A stretch of 64,000 nt of DNA from Podarcis liolepis (Eukaryota), in assembly GCA_965112155.1 (NCBI GenBank), contig OZ218103.1. One strand, written 5' to 3'. Positions within the stretch are counted from its first letter, which is position 1. Every line of letters begins with the position of its first letter. Positions 1-12,100 of this stretch are shown in pieces. The notes beneath the pieces were generated by a model. The model had not been told where the DNA came from. It saw nothing but the letters and a program-made list of their open reading frames with translations, and made no database searches. The translations under genes and the position numbers were made by a program.

Positions 1-468
1 CCAAGCTGCTTTTGTCCAACAATCATGGCCAGCTTGGCCAAAATAAGGCGACAGCACCACTACAGCATGTTTTTCCCATGTCTTCTTCATGATCTATGAT
101 AGTAGTGGCATTGATGGAAAGGCAAACAGGATAGCTGAAACCTATGATGAGTGCAGAGCAGTGGTGCCTGTTTGGATAATTTATGGAATTTATGGTACTG
201 TTTATGTTTTTCTTTATAAATTATTGGATTTTATGTAATGCTCACATGTTTATAGTTCCCATTTACACTTTTCCTTAATTGTTTTATTTTTTATGAATAC
301 TGTACTTTTTAATCCTGCACTTTGAAGGAAATTTTACTGAGCTTTCCTTTTCTTTCTTTGAAACCAATTTAAAATGCTTTAAAAAGCAAATGCCGACATT
401 CATACACACAGACAAAATCTATTCAAAACACAAATCACAAGCCTGAGAAGCAGGCAGTTGGGGAGTGT

Positions 469-496
469 GCACACACACACACACACATATACACAT
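469..496. repeat. (CA)n microsatellite
   Basis: direct reading. Confidence 0.8.
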
Positions 497-742
497 ATGT
501 GTAGTCTGCTTGGGGCCAAGACAGGAAGCCAACTAGTCAAGAGGTGGAGGGGAGAAAATAATGGGCAGAGACTTGTGCTTCTTATTTTGAGGCACAAGAG
601 GGCAGCATGACCTACTCTCTCTGCTGCTCCGACTTGATTCAAAAAATTGTAAGGCTTTCGGGGAAGAGACCTGTCCTGTTATACTTTGTAAAACACCATG
701 AACGAACAAACGCACATAAAGAAAATAGCTAATAAAACACAA

Positions 743-1408
743 CAGCAGCAAGAATACTCATCGCTAAGCATTGGAAGACACAAGACCTACCTACCAGGGA
801 AGAATGGCAGATGAAGCTGATGGATTACATGGAATTGGCGGAAATGACTGGCAGAATCCGAGACCAGGGAGAAGAGTCGGTGGAAGAAGATTGGAAAAAA
901 TTTAAAGTACTGTATATTTACAGAAATATTCTAAAATTAATGCATGTTAGAAGGATGCTGGAAAGAAGCTACATGACTTTAGTAGAAATACTATAAAGAA
1001 TTAAGTATGAATAGATTGACATTGGGTAAAGGGGTAAATTTAAGGCTAAAATGTGTTAAGATAAATTATGGAACTAAATTTGAGAAAGAGGGAAAGAACT
1101 TTCTGGAATAATTAATTGAACTAGAATACATAAAAGGAGGTGTGAGGAAGTCGAGGAAATAAGCAAATGAAAGATAAGGCTATGAAAATACGGGGTTCTT
1201 TTTATTTTTGTTTGTTCTTTTGGGGGTTTCTTAAATGTTTTTGTTTTTTCTTTTTTGCCTTTTTTGTATTGTTGATGTTTTGTATTATTGTATTTATTTT
1301 TGTTTCTGAGGTTTTGTAATTGTTTATTGCTTGTATTTCTCTTTTGTTTCTCTTTTCTTTTTTTTCTCTGTAATGTTTAAACTTTAATAAATATCTTATA
1401 AAAAATAA
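743..1408 (+). mobile_element. 5'-truncated L1-clade LINE (ORF2 C-terminus, 3' UTR, A-rich tail)
   Basis: AARILIAKHWKTQDLPTREEWQMKLMDYMELAEM...WKKF; ends AATAAA plus A-rich tail; 12-bp TSD AATAAAACACAA at 731-742 and 1409-1420. Confidence 0.75.
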
Positions 1409-1461
1409 AATAAAACACAATTGAAATACATAGTGAAAATAATTACTGTTATTCATAATAT

Positions 1462-2378
1462 TTAGAGAGGGCATGTTTAGCCTGGAAAAGAAGTCACAGA
1501 GGATATCTGATGTTGTTGTTGTTTAGTCGTTTAGTCGTGTCCAACTCTTCGTGACCCCATGGACCAGAGCATGCCAGGCACTCCTGTCTTCCACTGCCTC
1601 CCGCAGTTTGGTCAAACTCATGCTGGTAGTTTCGAGAACACTATCCAACCATCTCGTCCTCTGTCGTCCCCTTCTCCTTGTGCCCTCAATCTTTCCCAAC
1701 ATCCAGGGAGTCTTCTCTTCTCATGAGGTGGCCAAAGTATTGGAGTCTCAGCTTCAGGATCTGTCCTTCCAGCGAGCACTCAGGGCTGATTTCCTTAAGA
1801 ATGGATAGGTTTGATCTTTTTGCAGTCCATGGGACTCTCAATAGTCTCCTCCAGCACCATAATTCAAAAGCATCAATCTTTATGGTCCAGCTCTCACTTC
1901 CATACATCACTACTGGGAAAACCATAGCTTTAGCTATATGGACCTTTGTCGGCAAGGTGATGTCTCTGCTTTTTAAGATGCTGTCTAGGTTTGTCATTGC
2001 ATTTCTCCCAAGAAGCAGGGGTCTTTTAATTTCGCGGCTGCTGTCACCTTCTGCAGTGATCATATCTGATAGGATATCTGATAGCCATCTTCAATTATCT
2101 AGGCGGCTGTCACATGGAAGATGGAGCACGCTTCTGCTCATGAGGGTAGCACCAAACCAATGGCTTCAAGTTGCAAGAAAGAAGATTCACACTAAACATC
2201 AGGAAGAACTTTGGGACAGTCAGAGCTGTTCGACAGTGGATGGGGACTCCCACGAGAGGAGGTTTTGAAGCAGAGGTTGGATGGCCAGCTGTCAATGGAT
2301 GCTTTAGCTGAGATTCCTGCATTGGACTAGATGACTCTTTTGGAGGGGGGGGGTCTCTTCTACCTATAATTCTATGCT
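1462..2378 (+). mobile_element. CR1 LINE 3' fragment interrupted by Bov-B
   Basis: CR1 motifs ATGTTTAGCCTGGAAAAGAAG, GATAGCCATCTTCAA, AAGCAGAGGTTGGATGG, GGACTAGATGAC, tail ATTCTATG. Confidence 0.7.
1512..2070 (-). mobile_element. Bov-B (RTE-clade) LINE, 5'-truncated
   Basis: Minus ORF ...LDSILKSRDITLPTKVHIAKAMVFPVVMYGSESWT...FELWCWRRLLRVPWTAKRSN; (CAA)n tail; TSD AGGATATCTGAT at 1500-1511 and 2071-2082. Confidence 0.9.
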
Positions 2379-2469
2379 CCAATGATTCAACACAGGGCTA
2401 TTCAGAAAGCCAGCCTTATTTTCTCCTCTCCCCTTTCTCCCTCCCTTCCTTCCTTCTGCGATAGGAAGA

Positions 2470-3170
2470 GCACCAACCAATAGCCAGAACCGGCGCACCG
2501 CAGCGGCCTCTACCGGCCACGCCGTTTAGAACACGTTCCCTACTCCCCTCTGCGCAGGCGCCCTCCGAGCTCACCAACCCTTTCATCTCGCGTCATCCCT
2601 ACCGCAGGGGCGGGAGGGGCAGGCGGTTCTGATAGGCGCTCGGAGAAGACGGGGTGGGCGGGGCTACAGGAGTGGGCGTGTCCCGGAAGGGAGGCTGCTT
2701 GATGGCCGCGGAAGCGGGGAGAGGGAGGCAAGGGCGCCCGGGTCGCCCTCGCTGCGCGCGGCTGCTAGATGCTGCTGTCGGCGCCGCCCCTGCACCGGCT
2801 GGGCTGGCTCTGGCTGTGGGTGCTGCACTCGCTGGGGCAGCCCCCTCCGGCCGCCGGGAAGGAGGTCGACGTCGCCCGCTACAGGTGAGCCCGGACCAGG
2901 ATGACTGATGGAGGGAGAGCAGCTCGCTGCTCCCTCATCACCACCTGGGCTCCTTTGCCTTCCCTTTTCTAAAGGCTCTGTCATGCCAGGCGGATTTTCA
3001 ACAGGTGAAGCCTCCCCTTTTTCCATGGCGTGCCTCTCTGGCTGGCCACGTTGAATTTCACTTGCCATCAAGTCTCCCGCAAGGACAACGGGAGAAAAAA
3101 GGATGGCGGCAGCCCTGCTCTCAGGTGGAAAACCGAGGGTGGGAGAGGGCGGAAATCCTCTAATACGCAG
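2470..3170 (+). promoter_or_regulatory. CpG-island promoter of EDEM2
   Basis: GC/CpG-rich; CCAAT 2477-2481, GC boxes near 2607 and 2656, ETS-like CCGGAAG near 2683. Confidence 0.75.
2769..2884 (+). CDS. EDEM2: EDEM2 coding exon 1 (signal peptide)
   Basis: ATG 2769, [23 protein letters not shown]...DVARYR, donor AG|GTGAGC, inside CpG island. Confidence 0.85.
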
Positions 3171-6100
3171 CTGTATTTATCAGTTTGCTTTTTTAAAAAA
3201 GTGCTTGTTGTCTAATAGTGAGGATGGAACAGAAATAAAAAGTCAGGGGATGAGGATTAGACTTTAGATGGCAAGTTCTACCCTTGTAGAAAACTAAGAA
3301 ACGACAGTCATTTTATTCATGTGTTTGTTTAAATATCTTAGGGATGTGGCTTCATGGAAAAGTAAACAAGATATCATAGTCATATATGTGGGCATGCTGC
3401 TCTTAACATATGCAGGTCTTTCTGGTCATGGTTAAAAGCAGCTGTGAAGAAACTTGAGGCAAAAAAAACAAAACCCCAGAAGTACCGTAGATCCTGCAAA
3501 CCTGAAGTGCTTCCTTTGAGAAAGTAGGAAAAGTGCAGTAGATTTTTGGAAATTATTTATAAGGGAATCTTGAAGACATTGGTTTGGTGTGAAGACATGA
3601 ACAGAGGCCCTTTTGTCTCCCCTTGCTTCTCCTGCTTTCCACTGCATTCTGTGTATATCAAGCAGGCAGCAAGAAAGTTGGAAGGAAGAGAATTGCTGAG
3701 GTGACCTACTGAGGGCCCGTGTGATCCACTCCTTTCAAAAAATTGGCAGTGCTATGCTCACCTTTGTAGAGGTCACATTTTTTGCTGTTGTTGTTCTGTA
3801 GTGTTGTCCACTTTTCTGTAACACTGTAAGTCTGAAATGTCTTTTTTTTCTCCCTTTAGAGAGCGAGTCAAGTCCATGTTTTATCATGCTTATGATAATT
3901 ACCTGGAAAACGCCTTCCCGTATGATGAACTGCGCCCTCTGACATGTGATGGGCAGGACACTTGGGGAAGGTACTGGGAAGACTGAATGTTCTTTCTCTG
4001 GTTGCTTGTGGAATTTTGAAATAACACCTTCTTAGGGGATGTCCCTGTTTACTAGAGCAGGTGTTGTCGTCCCCCACTTGCCATGCTGAGTGAAGCTGAT
4101 GGGAATTGCAGTCTTCTGGAGGACCCCATGTTGGGGAGGGCCATGTTAGAGGACATGTCATGCTAAATTGATTCTTATTCAGATATCCCAGAGAATCTAG
4201 ACCCAAGAAACAGGTTAAACAATAAAAAAACCAGATGTCCGTTTTATAACTGCGCACAAAAGCAGCATATGCTAGTTGTCCTGGAACAGCATAGATTTAA
4301 TTAACCTTTTCACTGCCTTTGGAATGGGTTTGTTTAGCCTAGTGAGGAAAGACTGAGGTGCACATGATGAAACTGTTCCGATACCTGAAGTGCTGTTGCA
4401 CAGAAGAGGCCAAGTCCTCTGCAGAACCTGATGTAATGGGCTCAAGTTACAGGAGGATGGATTTCAGTAGAACAGTGGGAGAAACCTCTTAATGGTAGGA
4501 GCAGTTTAGCCATGGAACTAATTACCTACAGTGGAGCTGGGCTAGATCTTTTCTAACAGAGACTTGGACAACCATCTCTTGCAGCTGCTCCAGCTCTGGT
4601 TTTTCAGAGAAGAAGCCCATTGGTTAAATGCCAACATGTGCATCTTTCTATGTATTTTGTGGTTGATGCCACATTTGCCTCACCAGCATTGCCTTCCTTT
4701 CTTTTTCAGTTTTTCTCTCACACTGATTGATGCGCTGGACACTCTGCTAGTAAGTACCATTTGTCAGTAACATAATCTTTCTTATTTTTATCAGGTCCTG
4801 CTTATTCTCAGGCATATTGCATATTGGTAGAATAAAATTCTGTCCCTCATACTTGCAGTTTCTCCCGACTTTCAACTTCTTTACAAACAAGTAAAATGAC
4901 AGCATTACTAAGACCAAGCACAAAATGGATTCCAAGCACAAAATGGATTCACAAATTTGAAAACAAAGGGTTATATCCAACACTATTGTTTCACTTACAC
5001 AACATATGTTTCCATGAGGAATGGACCATGCTCCCCTTTCTTGCCTGCAGCTTCCCCAAATCTTCTCCAGAGGGTTGAGGGACCTTTCAGAACAGATTTA
5101 GGGGTGCACAGGGAGAGAAGAGGATAGTGTGAGACTGGAACTCCATGTGTGCAGTGCAGGATACAGCCCAAATGTAGAAGTAAAATTGTCCATTGTCTCC
5201 CAAGACAGGTAGATGCCAGCTAATTCCAGACTTGATCCATAGGAACATAGACATCTGCTTTATATCGAGTCAGACTCACTGGTCCATTTACCTCAGTATT
5301 GTCTACACTGATGGGCAGCAGCTCTCCAGGGTTTCAGGCAGGGAGTGTCTCCCAGACCTATTCGGAGATGCTGAGGATGGGACCTGGCCTGTTCACAAGG
5401 CCAACTTCTGTTGTTGATTCAATGCCAACATTCCAAGTTCTAGCACATTTTCTTCATTATAACAACCTGAAGAAGCTTCAAGGGCAAAGCTAGATTGCCC
5501 CAGTGTAATATTCTGTAATATATCTTTCCTACTGATTTCTATCCTGCCTGCCCCCAAATTTAGATGCTTGCAGTCTCATGAATTGTATACTTTCAATTAC
5601 ATTTATTTATTCCCAGATTTTGGGGAACGTCTCTGAATTCCAGAGAGTTGTCAGCGTGTTGCAGGAGGGTGTGAATTTTGATATCGATGTAAATGCTTCT
5701 GTCTTTGAAACCAACATCAGAGGTGAGTGGAACTCAAAAAGGTCCCTGTCTTGGAAGTATTTTGCATAACAAATTAGTCTAGAGTTGCAGCACAGAGGAA
5801 AGATGAGTGTGTAATATAGTAACAGGATTCGGAAGGGTAGCCATGTGTAGCCAGTTGTAGCAAAAACAACAAAGAGTCAGTTGTAGCAGCCTTTTAAGGA
5901 TTGACAATTTATTATAGCTTGATTTTTCACAGAGCAGAGTCCATAAGAGGTATAAAGTGTAATCCTAAATTGGCAGGCATTATATTAAAAGCACTGGGGG
6001 TTGGAAGAATGGAAAATGGAGAGGGAAATAAAAGTTATAGAAATACCCTGTTCAGAGGTAATACAATACCAGATTAGAACAAGGGTGGATTAACCAGATA

Positions 6101-9100
6101 TTGTTGAAAGCCAGTTCTCATTATTCCTGACCTTTGGCCTTGCTGTCTGGGGCTGATGAGAGTAGCAGCTTCTAGAGGGTCCCCACTTCCCCACCCCTGT
6201 ATTAAAGAGAGAAATCAGACAGAGAACTATGGCTTTCTATCCCCTGCCTGTAGCGGTCCTGGAAGCAGTCAGCTGGCAACTGTTAGAAATAGAGACCTGA
6301 GCTACATGGGCTTTTTGTCTTATTCAGCCGGGCTGCTGTTAACATTTTTGTGATGATTCTAGTGCAAGTTTTTGCTCTGGTGCTTTTCTGTATTCATTAA
6401 TAAGGCGCTAAGTTGAACATTTCATGACTTACACAGTATATCCTTGCAATGATCAAGGGAAAAGATGTTGCTGGGATAAGAACAATTGATGTGTGTCTCC
6501 TGAGAAGTTTAACCAAATGGCTGGCTCCTCTGTAGCCACTGAAAAGGAAATCAGTTCTGCACCCTTCACATTGGCCAATTTGCACAATCAAATCCTGGGT
6601 TAAGAAGCCAGGATGTGAAAGTGTCATGCATGCTCGCATGCAACTCCTTCATGTGAGCTGCATAACAGGCCAAGATTCAGCTTTTGGCCCTAGTTTCTCA
6701 TTATGTGTGAACCGGGAAACTGTGGTTAATGGGCTGTCAGACAAGACTGGATGTGAGGCCATGGTTTAAATTTGATTTCCAGTTCCTGGCTGGTTTGGAA
6801 TCCACATAGCATAGCTTATGACTTTGCACATAAAACAAATCTCTGGTTAAAAGCTGAATCGTGGCTTGTTCAAAGGAACTCAGTGGCACCCACAAGTAGC
6901 TCCTGCATATACTGACTTCTTAAGCCAGGAATTGATTGTCCAATTAGTCTGTTTGCTCCTCCTTTTAAATATACTATGATTGCAGATAAAGGGGCTGGGC
7001 ATGGTTATCAAAAGGATGGTGGCTAGTCGGCTGTAGATATGCCTGGAGGAAGTGGATTTTCTAGATCCGTTCCAGTCTGGTTTTGGCTCTGAAACACTCT
7101 TGTTGCCCTGTTTGCCCTGGGAAAGTGATGGAGGAATGCAACTCTGCTGGTTCTCCTTGATCTCTCAATGGCTTTTGACACCATTGACCATGGTGTTCTT
7201 CTGGAGTGACTCAGGGAGGTTGGAGTTAGAAGTACTGTATTATAGTGGTTCCACTGCTGCCTCCAGGATCACTAGCATAAAATATTACTAGGAGATTACT
7301 GCTTAGCTTTTGGGCTGTTGGGTCCCACAAGGGTTCATTCTGTCTCCTAAGCTATTTAAAATATATGTGGAAACTGTTGGGAGCTGTTATCTGGGGATTT
7401 GGAGCACGGTACTCAGCTCTCTTCTTCCATTCCATAGAAATTGGAGTCCGTGAAGGTGTTGGACAGGTGTTTGGAGGCAGCAGTAGACTAGATGGGGGCC
7501 AATAAATTGAGACTGTTTCCAGATAAGACAGAAGTACTGTGGATGGGTAGTTCCCATGCCCAGGAATTTGGTGTACAACAAGTTCTGGAAGGAGTTGCAC
7601 TCCCCTCTTAAAGAAAAGGCTTGTAGTCTGGGAGTATTCCCGGATCCCAACTGGATTGTCACTGGAGTCTCATATTGCTTCTGTGGCTAGGAGTGCTTAT
7701 ACCTAGCATAGGCTGATTCACCAGCTGCATCTGTTCCAAGGTCAGAGTAGCCTGGCCTCAGTTGTCCATTTTTGGTGGCCTTCAAAAACATTCCTGTTTA
7801 CTGAGGCATTTGATGGCTGAAAGAGACTGTGAGATCACTAGCTGAGATAACGTTCTTAACTGTTTTTAGATTTTTGTTTTGTTTTATCATTGCTATGTCT
7901 GCTGCTGTGGGCTCCTTTGGGAGGAAGAGCAAGATACAAATCAAATGAAAAATAACATATTCACCCTTTGCCATTGAGACAGCACTGCTTTGCTTTTTAA
8001 ATAAGCTGTGCATTCCCCTTTTCAGTGGTTGGCGGCCTCCTGTCTGCTCACTTATTGTCAAAGAAGGCCGGTGTTGAAGTGGAAGCAGGATGGCCCTGTT
8101 CTGGGCCCCTCTTGAGGATGGCAGAGGATGCAGCTCGAAAACTTTTGCCAGGTGAGCACTGTTGCAGACTCTGAGAATTCATTTCCTCCCTTTCTGTGTT
8201 GCTGCCTTATAGGCTAAACTAGATTATAAGTAATGGGTACCAGGAACTGCAGGAGGACAAATTCTTGCAAATTGCTAGGAGCAGAAGAGATGTAGTTGGA
8301 TATCTCAAGTGCGTTGAAAATAAATATTTATGCTCCTAATGTAGCCTTTTCCAACCTTGGGTCCCCAGATGTTGCTGGACCCCAGTTCCCATCATCCTTG
8401 ACCACTGGACCTGCTAGCTAGGAATGATGGGAGTTGTAGTCCAACAACATCTGGGGACCCACGGTTGGGAAAGGCTGCCCTAATGTATACTGGGCCAAAT
8501 GTTGCTAAAATCTGAAGTAATGAAAATGGACTCAGGTGTCTGCTTTTTTTTATCAATGAGTATACCACAGCAGCAAAAATAAGTATTATGGCTAAGTGGA
8601 TAATGTGGGACGCGGGTGGCGCTGTGTCTAAACCACAAAGATTAAGGCTTGCTAATGAGAAGGTTGGCGGTTCAAATCCCCATGACGGGGTGAGCTCCTG
8701 TTGCTCGGTCCCTGCTTCTGCCAACCTAGCAGTTCGAAAGCACGTCAAAGTGCAAGTAGATAAATAGGTACCACTCCGGCAGCAAGGCAAACAGCGTTTC
8801 CACGCACTGCTCTGGTTCACCAGAAGCGGCTTAGTCATGCTGGCCACATGACCCGGAAGCTGTACGCTGGCTCCCTCGGCCAGTAAAGAGAGATGAGTGC
8901 CACAACCCCAGAGTCATCCACTACTGGACCTAACAGTCGGGGTCCCTTTACCTTTACCTAGTGGATAATGTGATGGCTCTGATAAATATCTAAGATGAGA
9001 AATAATGCAGCTAATGCAATGTTTACTTTGAGGAAGTAGAAAGGCACTTACAGTGCTGTATATGACATGTATTTGTCACTAAGCATTCATTGCACACTTG

Positions 9101-12100
9101 AGCTAAAACAGAACATACAGTCTTTGCTGTCTATTTGAATAGCAATGATCATTTTAACTTCTGGTTACTAGGATTCGCATTTGTTCACCTGTGAATGGGT
9201 TACTGTTAAAGTGGAATATAAATCCCAATCTATACAACAGAAACCTCTTTGAGCAAAGTAGTTCTTCAGTATACAGCTGTGTTCTTGTGTTTGTATGTTT
9301 TGGAAAATCTTTAAATTATTGTCATAAACGTAGGAAATCTATTAGTTGCCAAGCCCGTTGAGCTTGATTGGACAGTGTATCAGGGTTGCTCACCAGGAGC
9401 TGGTAACAATTCCTTACAGGTAAATACCTTGCTTACTGGACCTGCTGTTCAAATTGAGCTGTGCGCTATAGGTGACGAGGCAGACAAACCTACGTGCATT
9501 GAATTCAATGCATTGAATTAGGCAGTCTTCCCAGTAGTTGTCCTGACTTGTTTGCCCACTGTTTAGATTGTGCTGGGCTGTCACATGACTTGCTGTTAAA
9601 ACTTGAAACACACCTGATAGGAGACTTGGCAGGAGTATTTATGGAACCAACCTTGGGAGGAGAATCCACAGTTTGAACTGTATTACCTACACTGGGCCCC
9701 CAGTTATGCTAGTTTTGTTTTGAAGCCTTTCAGACTCCAACTGGAATGCCATATGGGACAGTGAACTTACTACATGGAGTAAACCCTGGAGAGACACCAA
9801 TTACTTGTACTGCTGGAATTGGTACATTTATAGTGGAATTTGCTACGTTAAGTCATCTTACAGGTGACCCAATATTTGAGGATGTTGCCAGAAAGGCTCT
9901 TAAGACCCTCTGGAAAAATCGTTCTGACATTGGCTTGGTGAGTGGAAAAACCTCATGTCACACTTTCCAGCTACATAGTTTGATTTCTATTGAAAGTATG
10001 GTTGAATTCTTTTAAAACACTGCCACTGAAACAAATTGATTGCAAGAATATAACAGTACCAGGTCCACCATGTACCATAAACATACACAGGCTGGTATAA
10101 GCTGAATTCTACTCCCAAACCTCTGTTGTTTGTCTACCTCAAGGATGAGCATCGCTATTTTTCAATAAATTGTGGTCCAGTTACCTTGAGCTTTTTTGCA
10201 TGAATACAATGGACGCTCATATTAGAAGATGACTTGTTGAAGCTACAATACTTGTAGAAACCTGCATTGCCTGCTCCCAGTCACTTCCTGCCTCCACATT
10301 CTTACAAATCTTTTAAAAAAGAGATTTGTTCTTACATTTTCTCACGTATACAAATCAATTCAGGAATTTCCTCATTGGTCATTTCACATCGTCATCATCA
10401 TCTTAAATGAATCTCTTCTGTCATGGAACTCAAGAGAGCATACATGACCCATCCAGACACTGACCAGACTCAGACCTGCTTAAGTTCAGCAAGCTGGTGG
10501 CCTCATGTGCCTTCAGACCCTCCCACTGCCATCCACCACCCATTAGCCATTGGTCCTTGTTTTCACTGAAAACTGGTATGATCCACAAAGTGTCTGTCAC
10601 AGGATTTAATGTGGAAATGAAATTCACTCTGGGGGAAATCCAGTGTATCCAGTTACGTTCTAGGCTTATAGTATGTTCTTGGCAAATCCAAGAACTTGAA
10701 ACCGAAATGCAACTGGGATTTTAAATAAAGATCAAAACAGTTGATGCCATGATAAACATTCTGGTTTAAAAGGCTGTGTTAATGAATCATTAATGTCACA
10801 TGTTAAAGATGCCTGGTCCTGTGTTAGTTCTCCTAACGAACATGGCTAACTTATGTCCATTAATTTCAATGGGCTTATTCTCAGTAAAAATTAGTTGACT
10901 ACCACCCATAGGTTTTTATAACAAAGAATTTGTACAGTAGCACACATTGTTGGTACTAAATACATGTTAGAAGGGCTGCAGAAATTAAGATTTTTTGTTA
11001 CATCCTTGTGCTTTTTGGAAACTTGTACAGATAACAAACCAAGGATCTATTGTTTGCTGAAATGTATAGAAATGTAAACCTATGCTAATCCCAATCTATA
11101 GCTTTTAATAAATGAGGCTTTTTTTCTTCAGGTGGGTAATCATGTTGATGTGGTAACTGCCAAATGGGTAGCCCAGGATGCTGGCATTGGAGCCGGAGTA
11201 GATTCCTATTTTGAGTATCTTGTTAAAGGAGCCATCCTACTACAGGATGAGGAGCTGATGTCAATGTTTCTAGGTGAGTTCAGAAAGGGCCATAGCCCAT
11301 TGGCAGGGCATCTTCTTTGCATGCCAAAGGTCCCTGGTTCCATCCCTAGCATCACCAGGTAGGGTCAGGAAATACCTCCATCTGACATCTGGGAGAGTGG
11401 ACAATGCTCATTGTCTTCCTTCCTTCATCACATTAGAGAAGGGCTGTAGCTCAGGGATATAACATCTGCTTTGCATGCAAGAGGTCCCAGGGTTTGGGAA
11501 TCTCTCTTCTCTGCAGCCCTAGAGAGCTGCTTATAGTCAGTGTGGACAAAACTGAGCTAGATGGGCAAAGGATCTGACTCAGTCTAAGGCAGTGACATGT
11601 GATGGTCTTGTTCAGGGGTGATGAGCACAATCGGGAGAATCACACTTTAAAGCTTCTGATTATGCATCGGCAGCCCTGTCTCTGTCTGCCTCTGTCAGGT
11701 TTGGGGAAGGTGCACATGGTTTGGGGAAACTGTCTTGCAGCCAAATTGGAACAGGTGCCAGGCCAAATTAGGACGCATGTCCAGGCCATGGCCCCGGAGG
11801 CTCCTTGCCCCTGTTTTAATGATAACTCATGTGCCATTTTTTCTCTTTCCCCCCTTTTAACAGTAACTGCTCTGTATAAGCTCATGTGTTGCAAGCAAAG
11901 TTCCTTTTTAAAATATTTGCGTATTGTCATCCCTTTAACATTGTTAAGCATAAAAGGAAATCCTGATCATAAATGTGTTCTTTGAAATATATGCAAATAG
12001 AATATATGAAAGCCAGTTCATTTTCAGGAGCTCTGAAATTCTTCTTCCAATGTTTATCGTTCATTTTGACTTGTCTTTCTATAGACTACAACAAAGCTAT

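Noticed and set aside
1-400. Possible exon or LINE end at the window start
   Set aside because: No recognisable peptide or splice structure; left unassigned.
1678-2268. 196-aa ORF on +
   Set aside because: Antisense of Bov-B running into CR1 sequence.
8392-8847. 151-aa minus ORF and similar 54412-54663 ORF
   Set aside because: Chance reading frames through Sauria SINE and MITE sequence.
11287-11500. tRNA-like sequences with a GCA triplet
   Set aside because: Degenerate cloverleaf continuing into a SINE body; not functional tRNA genes.
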